A stretch of DNA of 64,000 nt, taken from the IMG/VR virus record IMGVR_UViG_3300010371_000030, positions 41,833 to 105,832 of that record. The stretch is one strand, 5' to 3'. The notes beneath the pieces were generated by a model that was given only the letters and a program-made list of their open reading frames with translations, ran no database searches and was not told the DNA's origin. Source of the DNA: a virus. The translations under genes and the position numbers were made by a program. How positions within the stretch are numbered: position 1 is the stretch's first letter; each line of letters opens with the position of its first letter. Shown here one piece after another: positions 10,736 through 20,853 of the stretch.

Positions 10736-11718
10736 GCGTCATATCTCCAATCGATGGGCTGGAGAGATTCCTTCTCACACCGCTCGCACGTCAGCTCCAG
10801 CGCCATCTTCGGGCCCACGTTCATGTCGTCCACCGCGGACACGAGCCCCTCCAGGTCGCGCTTGTGGATGTAGTCCATATCAGCCTCGGTCATGGCGGTG
10901 TTCTGCGGGTTGTCGACGAAGCCGACGATGGCCCCGCGAAGGACAGCCAGCTTGGACGTCGCGTCGGTGATCACGCCGGTGGCAGCCATCTCGACGGAGT
11001 GCCACGGGGTCGGCCCCATCCGGAAGCCGGTGACCTTCTTGCCCCGGATGTCGACGGGGCGCTGGAGCGTGTACGTCCAGTACAGAGCATCGGGATGCTC
11101 GACGGTGATCACCTCCAGCGTGTCCAGGTCGGCCGGGAAGAGCCACTTGTGCTGGCAGAACGGGCACTGGACGTTCATCTTGATGATGTTGCCCATAGCC
11201 TCGCGACGCAGGTAGCAGTAGGCGTAAAGCACGTCGCCCATCGACATCTGAGCGAGCTGGACGCGCCGCTCGGTGACGTCGCTCTGCTTCGCCGGCATGT
11301 CCGGCCACGTGAGCGCACCGAATTCCGAACACATGCACGCGACCACGAGCGTGACGTGCTGGGCCATGTTGTCGCCCTTTTTCTTGAACTTGGCGATGGC
11401 CTTCTCCTCCAGCGTACGCCAGGGCCGCGCGTCGATGCGCTTGACCAACGGCTCGCCCGACGTCGCGACGATACCGCCGACGGTCGTGGTGCCTCCGGCG
11501 TGGACGATGGAGCCGACCGGAAGGCGCGGCCCCAGCTGCCCGAGGGTGGTCTTGCCGCGCGTCTTCTTGGTGTCTTCGGCCGGCTTGTCGCCGTCGCCCT
11601 CGGGCTTGGCCGGAGGGGCGAAGACAGCGCGCCCCGGAAGCGGGGCGGCGGTCGTGGTCGGAGCGTCTTTCTTGGTATCGGTCTTGTCGGTCGGCATGAT
11701 GTTTTCGGTCGCCTCCAA
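10711..11718 (-). CDS. Tail assembly chaperone / T4 gp26-like baseplate hub assembly protein
   Basis: Between tube and TMP; two CxxC motifs (CPFC, CERC); ends DAFF before the slippery site; start may be ATG 11697. Confidence 0.7.
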   Translation of the reverse strand: MEATENIMPTDKTDTKKDAPTTTAAPLPGRAVFAPPAKPEGDGDKPAEDTKKTRGKTTLGQLGPRLPVGSIVHAGGTTTVGGIVATSGEPLVKRIDARPWRTLEEKAIAKFKKKGDNMAQHVTLVVACMCSEFGALTWPDMPAKQSDVTERRVQLAQMSMGDVLYAYCYLRREAMGNIIKMNVQCPFCQHKWLFPADLDTLEVITVEHPDALYWTYTLQRPVDIRGKKVTGFRMGPTPWHSVEMAATGVITDATSKLAVLRGAIVGFVDNPQNTAMTEADMDYIHKRDLEGLVSAVDDMNVGPKMALELTCERCEKESLQPIDWRYDAFFSNSSR

Positions 11719-11761
11719 TTGGCTTTCGCCTTGTTAGGCCCACCTGGTGGATTGGTGTCGA

Positions 11762-12199
11762 TCAGAGCGGGATGATGTCGTCGATGGAGATGGGGAACGT
11801 GATCACCTGCATGTTGCCTTCGTCGCCCATCTTCATGCCGGGGATGCCGCGGCCGGTGACCCAGACGCCCACGAGCGTGTAGGAGCGGCCTGCCGCGCCG
11901 GAGAGCCGCGGCATGACGAGGGTGCAGGGAATCTTGTACGTCGGCAGCACGGGGTCCTGCCCCGACTTGTACCACAGCTCCATCGCGATGATGTCGGCAT
12001 CGTGGTGTGCGGGGATGCTGATCTCCGTGGTCGTCGGGGGACGGACGCCGCCAGTGGCCGCCGTACGGTCGGGCAGCTCGATGCGAGTGAGCTCTTCTTT
12101 CAGCTCGCCAATCTCGACGGCAGTGATGGGCGCGATGCCCACCGGCAGGAACTGGAACTGGTTGTCTGCGATGTGGTCGGGTTGGATCGCGCCCTTCAT
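11762..12199 (-). CDS. Tail tube protein
   Basis: 145 aa beta-rich protein downstream of the sheath; GGAGAGG RBS. Confidence 0.75.
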   Translation of the reverse strand: MKGAIQPDHIADNQFQFLPVGIAPITAVEIGELKEELTRIELPDRTAATGGVRPPTTTEISIPAHHDADIIAMELWYKSGQDPVLPTYKIPCTLVMPRLSGAAGRSYTLVGVWVTGRGIPGMKMGDEGNMQVITFPISIDDIIPL

Positions 12200-12317
12200 G
12201 GCCTCTCCTCCATCCTTCTGGCTTGATGCGAGATGCTGGCCCCTGCGTGCCGCCGGAAGGGCGACGAGCTAGGGGCCAGCACGGGACGCATCGGTCATTC
12301 CTCGTGTCAGCGGCGTG

Positions 12318-13022
12318 TCAGGGCGCCGTGGGCTTCACCTTCGTGTAGAAGAACAGGAGCGAGTTCACCAGCGCGTCGTCGGTGCCCAGCGTCCCGTTGT
12401 GGGGCTGCAGCGACACGGTGGCGGTGGCGGGGCCGCCGTTGGTGGGCAGGGCGAACGTTCCGCCCTCCACCGACACCAAGACGTCCTGGATCGTGTTGGC
12501 GGTGGCGGTGGCGTTGAAGGCATTGGTCGTGCCCGAGAACGTGGGGCCGGCGCCGTCGGCGTCGCCCGGCAGCTGCTCCCACACCGAGATGTCGAAGGTG
12601 GTCGCGTCGCCCATCGTGGCGCCGGTCTTGGATCCGCGCACGAGGAAGCCGGCCGGCTGCGTGACGTCCATGTCGGCGGGAAGCAGCAGATCCATGAAGA
12701 TGGCCGTCTGGGTGGCGGCATCGTTCCACCTGACGGCCATGTTCTTGCCGCCGTTCACCACCAGACCGGGGCTGCTCGTCGCCTGGTCGGTGAACTTGGC
12801 GAGCGGGGTGCCGTCCGCCAGGAGCGCTCCGCGGAGCCCGACCTTGAGCAGCGAGCCCGACAGATACAGCGCATCGATTGCCTCCACGACTGCGCCCAGA
12901 AACTCCTTGAGCGGCGATTCGCCCGTGTGGCTGTAGTCGTTGCCGGCGCCCGCCTCGCCGATGTCGTCCGGAACCTGGAGCCCGGAGGTGCCCGCGATGT
13001 TCGTCTCACCCTGATCCAGCAT
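12318..13022 (-). CDS. Putative virion structural protein
   Basis: 234 aa G/T/A-rich beta protein between sheath and tube. Confidence 0.55.
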   Translation of the reverse strand: MLDQGETNIAGTSGLQVPDDIGEAGAGNDYSHTGESPLKEFLGAVVEAIDALYLSGSLLKVGLRGALLADGTPLAKFTDQATSSPGLVVNGGKNMAVRWNDAATQTAIFMDLLLPADMDVTQPAGFLVRGSKTGATMGDATTFDISVWEQLPGDADGAGPTFSGTTNAFNATATANTIQDVLVSVEGGTFALPTNGGPATATVSLQPHNGTLGTDDALVNSLLFFYTKVKPTAP

Positions 13023-13081
13023 GTCTCTTCCACCCTGTCGAGGCGCCTATGGCGCGTTGAATGCCGATGTTCCCTTGGCGC

Positions 13082-15418
13082 TCACGAAGCCGGCGCCGTG
13101 AAGATGCCCTGCTTGCCGATGCGGATGATGAGGCGCTCGGTGGTGTCGGCCAGCCACAGCGTCACCGAAGCGATCTTGTTCCCCGCGGCGCGCACGGCAG
13201 GCGTGTTGAGCTCGCTGTCGACCTTGATCACGGCAGCGTCGGTGAACTTGGTCCCCTGGAGAGCCCGCTTGTTCCACTCCGGGAGAAAGAAGTTGTTGAG
13301 CGCCGTCTTGACGGAGTTGTCCGACTGGCTGTCGTTGATGGCGAACACGATCCAGTCGAAGTTCTCCAGGAACACGTGTTCGTAGTACGACATCTGCTCA
13401 CGCTGATGCTTCCACGTCCACGTCGTGTCGATGCAGATGGTACGGTCACCCCAGAGCACGTAGTTGCCGGCGGACTTCTTGATGATGCCGATGCCGACCG
13501 GGTTCAGGTCTTCCTCGTCCAGCTTCCGCGTGCCGGTGGGGAGCCTCAGAAGCCGGGGCAACGTCGCGTCCTGGCCCGCCTCTGCCTTGTGGTAGCCCTG
13601 CCAGTTGGCGGCCATCGACGCCTCGCGACCGTGGATCATGCCGGTGAGCGAGATGAGCTTCATCTTGCCTGCGTTGGCAGCGATGGGGTCCGGATCGGGC
13701 ACGTAACCATACGACGGGTGCGTCACCACGCCCATGTCGCTACGCCCGAGCGTATCGTTGATGTACTCGATGACCTGGAAGTCGTCGTTCACGCCGATGT
13801 TGGACGGCACCTCGACTCTGTACTGGTAATTCTTGGCCTCGCAGTACGCCTTGCCCGCGTTCTGCACGGTGGTCGAGGTGATGCCCGGCGTGGCCATCTT
13901 CACGAGACCCAGATTCAGCCCGATCAGGTCGTTGTAGGGCGAAGCGTTGGTGTCCCACGGCACGGAGGTGTACGCCGCGTCGGAGATGTCCGCGTTGCCG
14001 TCGCGACCGCCGGTGAACTCCTGCGGCGCGACCACCATGAACTCGGTCGCCTCCGAGCCGGCGTTGCCGGTCATGGTCATGTCGTTGCCGCCCGCGATGG
14101 TGATGGTGTTGTGATCGTTGGCGACGATGCGGAATTTGGTGCGCTTGGCGTTCACCTTGTCGGGGTACAGGTAGCCGCCCACGAGAGTGTTCGCCATGAG
14201 CGGCTTGAACACGATGGTGATCGTGTCGTTGGCGGCGAGCGCCGTGCCTCCGGCGGTGAGCGTGAACGGAGGCGCCCACGCGACATCCGGAGTGAAGAGT
14301 GTGCCCAGGTGGAGCGTTCCGGTGAAGGATCCATAGCGGTCGGACTTGACCGTGCCCTGGGTGGCGCTGGTCATCGTCACCGTGATGATCTGCGGCAGGT
14401 GGGCATCGGTGACGGTGCCGAGCGCGAAGGTGGGATCACCGCCGCCGACGCTGTTGACGCTGAACTCGTTGATGACCGCCGTGAGCACCGTCGGCTGCGA
14501 CAGCGCGGCGGTCGTCATGCCGTACACGTTCGCCGGACGGACCGACGGCGTGTAAGCACCAGTCCACTCGTCGGTGACCGTGATCTCGTCGTTGCCCTGG
14601 TCGTTGTTGATGACGTTGACCCAGTAGTTGGGGGACGATGGATCGCAGTTCAGGTTGTCGTAGTTGTCCACGAGAGAACCATCGACGTACACCTGGAAGC
14701 TGAACTCTCCATCGCTGTCGTTCTGCCCATCTGCGATTGCGAGCGACAGCGCCTTGCTTCCGGTGAAGTTGGCCGCTTGCCCGTCGGTGTTATCCAACGT
14801 CAGGTAGTACCGCAGATCGGTCTGGGTGGCCATCGCAGTGGCCATCGTCGAATCGGCGGACACCGTGATGACGCCTGCCGAAGTGTTGCCCACGATGGCG
14901 AACTTGGCGTTGGGGAGCGCATCGAAGATGAGCCAACCGCCCTTCCACTCGTCGGTCTTCCACGCGTTGGTGAGGTTGGTCGTGAGCGTGGTCTGTGCCA
15001 CCTGGGAGAGATTGCTGATCTTGGCGGTCCAGCGCTTCCACTTGCCACCCCATCGGCCGCCGTTCGCGGCTTGCACGAGGCCCATCACGGTCTGCGTACC
15101 GGCGATGCGCGCGTACAGCACCATCTGTGCCGGCACCTCGTTGCCGTCCGTGACACGAACGGTGGCGATGCCGCCCGCTCCGTTGGCCAGGTTGTAGAAG
15201 TCCTGCGCGGCGTCGGGCAGCAGCGACTCCGGGATGATCCCGCCATGTCGCTTCGCCCACAGCGTGCTCGTCGCGCAGATGGACAGCTTGTTGACGGGGC
15301 CCTTCTCCAGCAGGCCGGTGTAGCCGACCCAACCGAGCGCGGCCGGCGTGATGCCGGCGCCGTCGCTCTGTTCCTCCACCCGGACGCCTGCGGCACGGAC
15401 TGCTCCAAACGTTCTCAT
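13082..15418 (-). CDS. Tail sheath protein
   Basis: GVRVEE, GLLEKGPVN, FTGGRDG, LNPVGI, LWGDRT and C-terminal sheath motifs. Confidence 0.93.
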   Translation of the reverse strand: MRTFGAVRAAGVRVEEQSDGAGITPAALGWVGYTGLLEKGPVNKLSICATSTLWAKRHGGIIPESLLPDAAQDFYNLANGAGGIATVRVTDGNEVPAQMVLYARIAGTQTVMGLVQAANGGRWGGKWKRWTAKISNLSQVAQTTLTTNLTNAWKTDEWKGGWLIFDALPNAKFAIVGNTSAGVITVSADSTMATAMATQTDLRYYLTLDNTDGQAANFTGSKALSLAIADGQNDSDGEFSFQVYVDGSLVDNYDNLNCDPSSPNYWVNVINNDQGNDEITVTDEWTGAYTPSVRPANVYGMTTAALSQPTVLTAVINEFSVNSVGGGDPTFALGTVTDAHLPQIITVTMTSATQGTVKSDRYGSFTGTLHLGTLFTPDVAWAPPFTLTAGGTALAANDTITIVFKPLMANTLVGGYLYPDKVNAKRTKFRIVANDHNTITIAGGNDMTMTGNAGSEATEFMVVAPQEFTGGRDGNADISDAAYTSVPWDTNASPYNDLIGLNLGLVKMATPGITSTTVQNAGKAYCEAKNYQYRVEVPSNIGVNDDFQVIEYINDTLGRSDMGVVTHPSYGYVPDPDPIAANAGKMKLISLTGMIHGREASMAANWQGYHKAEAGQDATLPRLLRLPTGTRKLDEEDLNPVGIGIIKKSAGNYVLWGDRTICIDTTWTWKHQREQMSYYEHVFLENFDWIVFAINDSQSDNSVKTALNNFFLPEWNKRALQGTKFTDAAVIKVDSELNTPAVRAAGNKIASVTLWLADTTERLIIRIGKQGIFTAPAS

Positions 15419-15436
15419 GGCCTGTTAACTCCTCTG

Positions 15437-16705
15437 TCAGCCTGGAATCTTGAGGTTGCCCGAGCCACCGAATTGAAGTGGGTTGATCGTGGCGAACACC
15501 TGCTCAGCTTCTACCAAGTAGAATACTGCGTTGGTGATTCGGACAGCGACCCGCGCACCATGAAGACCAGCGGCGCTCGGGACAGTTTTCTGCTCGACGT
15601 CTCGATCAACGATCATGGTGAACTCTTCATCGAGACCCACGACCGTCAGAAGCGTGTTGTTCCAGAAGAATGAAGTGAATGCCTCCGCCATCCGCTGTGC
15701 ATCCTTCTCCTTGTCCGTGATCATGCGGATGTCCATCGCCAAATCGACTTGGGTGCCCAACGGCAACTTCCAGCCCGCCCCCGTCGCCCGATTGAAGCAC
15801 GTGTCCGAACCAAGAATGTAACGCATGTTTTCTTGGTTGACGTTCTCAATGTTGAGCGCCGGGAGCCGCGCGACCTGGCTGAACTCTTGGTCCGTCGTCA
15901 GCGACACGACAGGACTGTAGATGAACCTCACATGGAGACGGTCGCCCACGCTTCCTGGCGTCGTCAGAGCGACCGTCATCGTGGTCGGATTCCACGCGCC
16001 CGAGATGTCCGTGAGCATCGTCGGGTCCGTGGTCAGGTTATACACGGAATCGATGCCAGTAATGACGTACTTCGTGGGCGTTTTGATGGTTACTTGGCCA
16101 AGATTGTCACTCTGCTGGAGCGCGTAGGTGTAGTCAGCGATAGGCTGGACTCCGGCCTGGAGCGCAGGCATGAAGGACCTGACCACATAGCTCTCGATGT
16201 ATTCGATGTCAGAGAGCCACAGGACCTTGATCCAGAACACCTGCGGGGTGTACGCCGGATTGGTCGTGGACAGATTGATGACCACTTGGATGCCGCCGTT
16301 GGCCATCGGAAACGAGGCGATGTTGTTCGCCACGTCCGCCTCGGTGTTCCACTCGCCCGTATTCGCCGCGCGCCAGCTCGCTCCGTCCCAATAGAGTTCA
16401 TCGGTGCCATCGGTAGACAGCCTGAACTTAGCGAATGTAACCTGTGCCTTGTTCACCGTGAACTGATTGTCATTGAGCTCAAATCCAATACACTGCTTCA
16501 TCGTCGTGGGACGCACGAGACGCGTCTTCACATACAAGCCGGAGGTGGTCGGGAACACCCCGGGCGCCGTCGGGACCAGCTCCAGGCGCGGCTGCGACAG
16601 CGGATCATCGGCGTTCAACCGAGTATTCGGCCCCAGCGTGAGCTTGGGCAAGCTGTTCGGATTGAACGTGTGGGTGGTGATCAGCTTCTTGAGTCGCCTG
16701 CTCAT
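15437..16705 (-). CDS. Putative tail completion/terminator protein with N-terminal extension
   Basis: Directly upstream of the sheath; C-terminal RLPALNIE...DLAMDIRMIT. Confidence 0.55.
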   Translation of the reverse strand: MSRRLKKLITTHTFNPNSLPKLTLGPNTRLNADDPLSQPRLELVPTAPGVFPTTSGLYVKTRLVRPTTMKQCIGFELNDNQFTVNKAQVTFAKFRLSTDGTDELYWDGASWRAANTGEWNTEADVANNIASFPMANGGIQVVINLSTTNPAYTPQVFWIKVLWLSDIEYIESYVVRSFMPALQAGVQPIADYTYALQQSDNLGQVTIKTPTKYVITGIDSVYNLTTDPTMLTDISGAWNPTTMTVALTTPGSVGDRLHVRFIYSPVVSLTTDQEFSQVARLPALNIENVNQENMRYILGSDTCFNRATGAGWKLPLGTQVDLAMDIRMITDKEKDAQRMAEAFTSFFWNNTLLTVVGLDEEFTMIVDRDVEQKTVPSAAGLHGARVAVRITNAVFYLVEAEQVFATINPLQFGGSGNLKIPG

Positions 16706-17568
16706 TTGAACGCCTTGCGGATGGAACGATTGACCACCTTAGTCACGCGACGACCGACCTTCTTGCCCGTACGCGTGACGGTCCTGTTGGCTCTCTTGCC
16801 GAACTTTGCCACCGACTTGCCCGCCTTCTTGGCGCGCCTGGCTAGAGTCCTGCGGAGACCGCGCGTGCTGCGCTCTAGGCGCTTCGCCGTCTTGGCTGCC
16901 TTCTTGGCGGCCTTGATCGCTTTGCCAACGATGGTCTTGTCGGCGGCTCTACCGGCCAGCTCGGCAAACACGGCTTCGATGGCCTGCTCCCAATTGAGCA
17001 TGATCTTAGCCTTGAAACTGGCATCGTTGAGTGTAATTGACACCCAAGGACGGCCAGGAGTGGTGATAACGGTCGTGCCATCTTCCAGCGGATACCAACC
17101 GCCGGGGCGACGATTCCACAACTCCGCGGCTCGCCCGGTCAGCTGGTCCGGGCGAATGGCCCCCGTGCTCGCCTTCCAGAGGTAGAAGAACATGCCGCGC
17201 ATCGCAGGCGTGACCTTTGTTTGGAATCCATCGTGGAGCGCCTGTGCGAGATTGAAGCCTTCCTCGTCTTGCTTGAGGACTCCGGCAAACACCGTGTACT
17301 CGTCAACCACTTCGTACGTCTGGCTACCGTACAGATCGGCGAAGTCCACGAGCGGCTTGCTGGAGCCCTTGATAAACACCGTCAATGCCGCGTTCGCGGC
17401 CATCCCCCTGCTCGTCGCGATGGTCTCTCGGAGCGCCTTGGCCGCGGTCATTCCATTGAGCTCGGTGGCTTTGGCCATGTGCCTCTTGAGCACACGCTCG
17501 AATCGCCGCGGATCGCACGCTGCTTGGTACTCCTTGAACCCAAACTTCACCACCCGAGCGGGCATCAC
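16702..17568 (-). CDS. Neck/virion morphogenesis protein with very basic C-terminus
   Basis: NAALTVFIKGSSKPLVDFADL...TPGRPW motif; K/R-rich tail. Confidence 0.65.
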   Translation of the reverse strand: MMPARVVKFGFKEYQAACDPRRFERVLKRHMAKATELNGMTAAKALRETIATSRGMAANAALTVFIKGSSKPLVDFADLYGSQTYEVVDEYTVFAGVLKQDEEGFNLAQALHDGFQTKVTPAMRGMFFYLWKASTGAIRPDQLTGRAAELWNRRPGGWYPLEDGTTVITTPGRPWVSITLNDASFKAKIMLNWEQAIEAVFAELAGRAADKTIVGKAIKAAKKAAKTAKRLERSTRGLRRTLARRAKKAGKSVAKFGKRANRTVTRTGKKVGRRVTKVVNRSIRKAFK

Positions 17569-17978
17569 GTGCCTCGGACGGGTTGGCGATCCTTGAAGAA
17601 TGCCTTGACCATGGCCGCTCCGAACGCACTGGGATAGTGCGCCATCGGCTCCAGCCGGGCGATGTACACCTCGCGCGTCACCATGTTGGGCCCATCCCCG
17701 AAGGTGACAAAACGATCGTCAATGTGTAGGGTGATGTTCAGGAAGCGCAGATCCAGCGTACGAAAGACCACATAGCCGTCGGAATCGTCCTGCGTACCAA
17801 TACGAGTGATGTCCAGACCGGCTTCCGTTCCCCAGAACACCTGTCCTTGGCAGTAGACCGTGTCGCCGAACGTCCCGCCCTGGACGGGCTCCCGATAGCC
17901 AGGATCTTCCTCGGCCACGCCCCTCTGAAAGGACTGGATGCCAATTCGGACGGGGTGCTGAAGGTTGGGCGAGGTCAT
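17565..17978 (-). CDS. Head closure / head-tail adaptor
   Basis: Synteny; DPGYREPV motif; start reassigned to ATG 17978 (ATGA overlap). Confidence 0.6.
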   Translation of the reverse strand: MTSPNLQHPVRIGIQSFQRGVAEEDPGYREPVQGGTFGDTVYCQGQVFWGTEAGLDITRIGTQDDSDGYVVFRTLDLRFLNITLHIDDRFVTFGDGPNMVTREVYIARLEPMAHYPSAFGAAMVKAFFKDRQPVRGT

Positions 17979-18772
17979 CGGATGTAACTGACGTTGGCTG
18001 GCGCGGCCATCGCGATGGGCGAACGGTAAGCCTTCATCGTGAGGAGCACCTCTGGATTGTTCGTCCACCCGGCCCATGCCGACGGCCGGACAGTCTTGGT
18101 GTTCCCACCGGCGAGCACATACTTGATGTAGTGCCCATCGGTCCCTTCCTCCTGGATGTTCCCGAGCACCGGAGGAAGGGGCGGAGCGGGGCTGGCCGGA
18201 TTCACGTACACCGGGGTGAGCAGTTTCTCCAGCGTCAGAAGCAGCATCGCACGCTTGATGGGCTCGGGCACAGAGCCGTCCGGCTCTGTGTAGCCGAAGG
18301 TGCCATTGACCACCTGGTTCTGACGCCCTTTGCGGAACAGCATCCGACCAATCTGCATCGGCGCGACATAGATGTCCATGTCGCCGTGCCTATTGTCGAG
18401 CAGCTTGATCCGCGGGTTGTCCCGGTCTGCAGGGTTGTTGTACACTCGATAGTACATGCGATCCAGCGGGCATTCGCCCGGCACGTCCCACATCGAGTTG
18501 AGCCAGAGTTGGTCGACAGAGATGATCGCGACGGGCAGATGAAGCGCGTCGCTGTCAGTCCCATCGAACACCATCTGAAGTCGCTGTGGATAGAACCACT
18601 GGCGAGTCGCGCGCTCGATGTACGCCTGCGCCAGGCGAATGGCGCCCACGATCTGTAGGTCGGTGACCGTGTCCGGAATGCCCACCGCCCGTACATCCGA
18701 CACATCGATGTACGGGAGCGGCGGAAACGGCGCCGGAGCGGGCGGAGGGAACGGAGGCACGGACCCGCTCAT
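17975..18772 (-). CDS. Head-tail connector (gp6/gp15-like)
   Basis: YIDVSDVR...AQAYIERATRQWF...GTFGY...VPEPIKRAMLLL. Confidence 0.75.
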   Translation of the reverse strand: MSGSVPPFPPPAPAPFPPLPYIDVSDVRAVGIPDTVTDLQIVGAIRLAQAYIERATRQWFYPQRLQMVFDGTDSDALHLPVAIISVDQLWLNSMWDVPGECPLDRMYYRVYNNPADRDNPRIKLLDNRHGDMDIYVAPMQIGRMLFRKGRQNQVVNGTFGYTEPDGSVPEPIKRAMLLLTLEKLLTPVYVNPASPAPPLPPVLGNIQEEGTDGHYIKYVLAGGNTKTVRPSAWAGWTNNPEVLLTMKAYRSPIAMAAPANVSYIR

Positions 18773-18775
18773 GGC

Positions 18776-19246
18776 TCAGAGCACTCCGGACCAGAGCGCC
18801 TTGTTCACCGGCGCCCAACCATCGGCGCCCTGCCCCGGGATGGGCTCCGCGTGCTCCACGGGGCCGCCTTTGCCCTTGTACGTCTTGACGACCGTCTTGG
18901 GCTTGTAAGTGGTGACGCGCTGAACTTCGGACAGGTTGCTGAAGGTGAACACGCCCGTTTCGGCGTCGCGTTCGTACGTAGCGGCGCTGTACATGTACTT
19001 GCCGCGCTTGTCCTCGCTCTTGCTGTAGATGTTGACGCTGAGGACGACCACCGAGGAATACACGTCCACCACGTACGCGTAATCCTGCTTGGGGTCCATC
19101 TTCAGCTGATCCATCACCCACTTGCGCGCGGCGTCGCTCATCGCCTGGGTGAAGTCCTGAACGGACTCCCCTGTCACGAGCGGGATGTTGGCCTTGTGGA
19201 CCACCGTCTCGTGCGTTACCTGCTTCTGTTCACCTTGGTCGCTCAT
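18776..19246 (-). CDS. Hypothetical protein in head module
   Basis: 156 aa, phage-like codon use, AAGGGAAG RBS. Confidence 0.65.
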   Translation of the reverse strand: MSDQGEQKQVTHETVVHKANIPLVTGESVQDFTQAMSDAARKWVMDQLKMDPKQDYAYVVDVYSSVVVLSVNIYSKSEDKRGKYMYSAATYERDAETGVFTFSNLSEVQRVTTYKPKTVVKTYKGKGGPVEHAEPIPGQGADGWAPVNKALWSGVL

Positions 19247-19319
19247 GGTCGCTTCCCTTCGCTTGTCGATTGTCGCCTAAACAGTGGCGACGGACAAGCC
19301 GCGGAGCGCCGGGAGCGAG

Positions 19320-19658
19320 CTAGCGCGGGCGACCTACACGAGACATGGCGATGCGCATGGACGCGCAATTCTTGTGAGACATGACTACCAACTTGACGCC
19401 ATTGGCAACGATGGTCAATCGTTCGCCGCCGTTCTGCCCGACGTCAGGCGCTACACACTCCATCCGAATAGACGGGTGATCGAAGCCAACGGGGCGAATG
19501 ATGCTGGCTTGGTATCCGTGTGGTGACACCATCGTTACGGCCGTCAACGACAGCTGTACTTCAGAACGCGCGAGCTTTGGAAGCCACTCGCGCGCCTGAT
19601 CCTCGCTGGCTAGGTCGACCGCTACGGTGCGGCCATCGTCGTGGTGGAGCTTGAACAT
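19320..19658 (-). CDS. Hypothetical protein
   Basis: 112 aa ORF filling the gap. Confidence 0.55.
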   Translation of the reverse strand: MFKLHHDDGRTVAVDLASEDQAREWLPKLARSEVQLSLTAVTMVSPHGYQASIIRPVGFDHPSIRMECVAPDVGQNGGERLTIVANGVKLVVMSHKNCASMRIAMSRVGRPR

Positions 19659-19683
19659 CGCGCAACCGGATGCGCGCGGCGAG

Positions 19684-20241
19684 TCACTTCTTGTGGAACG
19701 GGTTGCCGTCCGACTTGGCCTCCGGCGCAGTCGGCGAAGCGGCGACCGGGGCAGGCGTCGAGACGGCCGGAGCGGGCTCGGGCTGCGCCGGAGGCGTGGC
19801 GGGAGCGACTGCGGTGGACTCGGGCTTGGCCGCGGCGGCCGGACCGCCGGACTGCGCCGGAGGCGTGGCGGGACGCACGATGTCGAGGATCACGACCTGC
19901 TTGGCCATGCCCGGCGCCTTCTGGAGCAGGTTCAGCTCGTCCTTGGTCACGGTGCGCGTGGAGTTGGGCTGAACGTGAAAGGCGCCAGTCCGCCCCTCCG
20001 CCCGCTTGATCTTCGCCGGCATCTCCACCTGGATCACCGGCGCCGTCGGGCGGAACTGGATGTGATACAGCTGGTCGGGCGTGTGGTCCGCGGCCACGCG
20101 CGACACGCGCTCCATCACCGGCCTGTGACGACCGCCGCCGCCGCTCATCGTGTAGGTTCCACCACCGCTCTCCTGTACGACGTCGACACCATCGACGCAC
20201 AGGACCGCACCCACCGCCACGCTGTTCACGTTCGCCGACAT
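19684..20241 (-). CDS. Hypothetical protein with P/A-rich tail
   Basis: GAGGGG RBS; tiles the operon. Confidence 0.6.
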   Translation of the reverse strand: MSANVNSVAVGAVLCVDGVDVVQESGGGTYTMSGGGGRHRPVMERVSRVAADHTPDQLYHIQFRPTAPVIQVEMPAKIKRAEGRTGAFHVQPNSTRTVTKDELNLLQKAPGMAKQVVILDIVRPATPPAQSGGPAAAAKPESTAVAPATPPAQPEPAPAVSTPAPVAASPTAPEAKSDGNPFHKK

Positions 20242-20247
20242 GGCCCC

Positions 20248-20781
20248 TCACTCCTCGGCCGGAGTCACCGCCGCCATCATGGCGTCGATGATGGCCGTCT
20301 TGGTCATGCTGAGGTTGATCTTGACGCCCATGGCGGGCAACCCGTCCGCCTGGGCTCGCTGGATGAGTTGGCTCTTGTTGAGCACTTCCAGCTCCGCGCG
20401 AGCGTACGACGGCAGCGCCGTGGGCTCGCCCTCCGTGGTCTCCTCGGCCGGCTCCTCGCCCTCGGACGCCTCGGGCTCTCCCTCGGCCGGCTCCTCGGAC
20501 TCGTCTGCTGCCTCGGTGCCACCCTCCTGCTCCTCGGAATCGGGCGCGGCTTCGTCGGCCTGCTCGACAGGCTCGGGCGCCTTCGTGCTGGCAGCGCGCG
20601 CGTCGAGGGAGCCCGACAGGATCGTGATCTCCACGCACCCACAGGACATGTAATGCCTGATCTCGGCGGGGTTGGCGGAGATGATGGACGAGCCCTTGAG
20701 GAGGGTGCGCCCATTGCTGGTGAACGACTGCGGGCCCGTCTCCTTGATCTGGATACGGGCGCTGAGAGGTGCATGTGCCAT
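20248..20781 (-). CDS. Head-module protein with acidic linker and C-terminal Rho-N/HeH-like motif
   Basis: LEVLNKSQLIQRAQADGL...MTKTAIIDAM; typical position right after the MCP. Confidence 0.6.
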   Translation of the reverse strand: MAHAPLSARIQIKETGPQSFTSNGRTLLKGSSIISANPAEIRHYMSCGCVEITILSGSLDARAASTKAPEPVEQADEAAPDSEEQEGGTEAADESEEPAEGEPEASEGEEPAEETTEGEPTALPSYARAELEVLNKSQLIQRAQADGLPAMGVKINLSMTKTAIIDAMMAAVTPAEE

Positions 20782-20853
20782 GGCTGATCTCCCGGGGCGC
20801 TCGGGCGACGCCCCGCCATTACGTCAGCGGGGCGCCGTCGCGAGCAGCGGAGG

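Noticed and set aside
1-17568. Extracellular contractile injection system or tailocin
   Set aside because: Contiguous with capsid, portal and terminase genes, so this is a phage tail module
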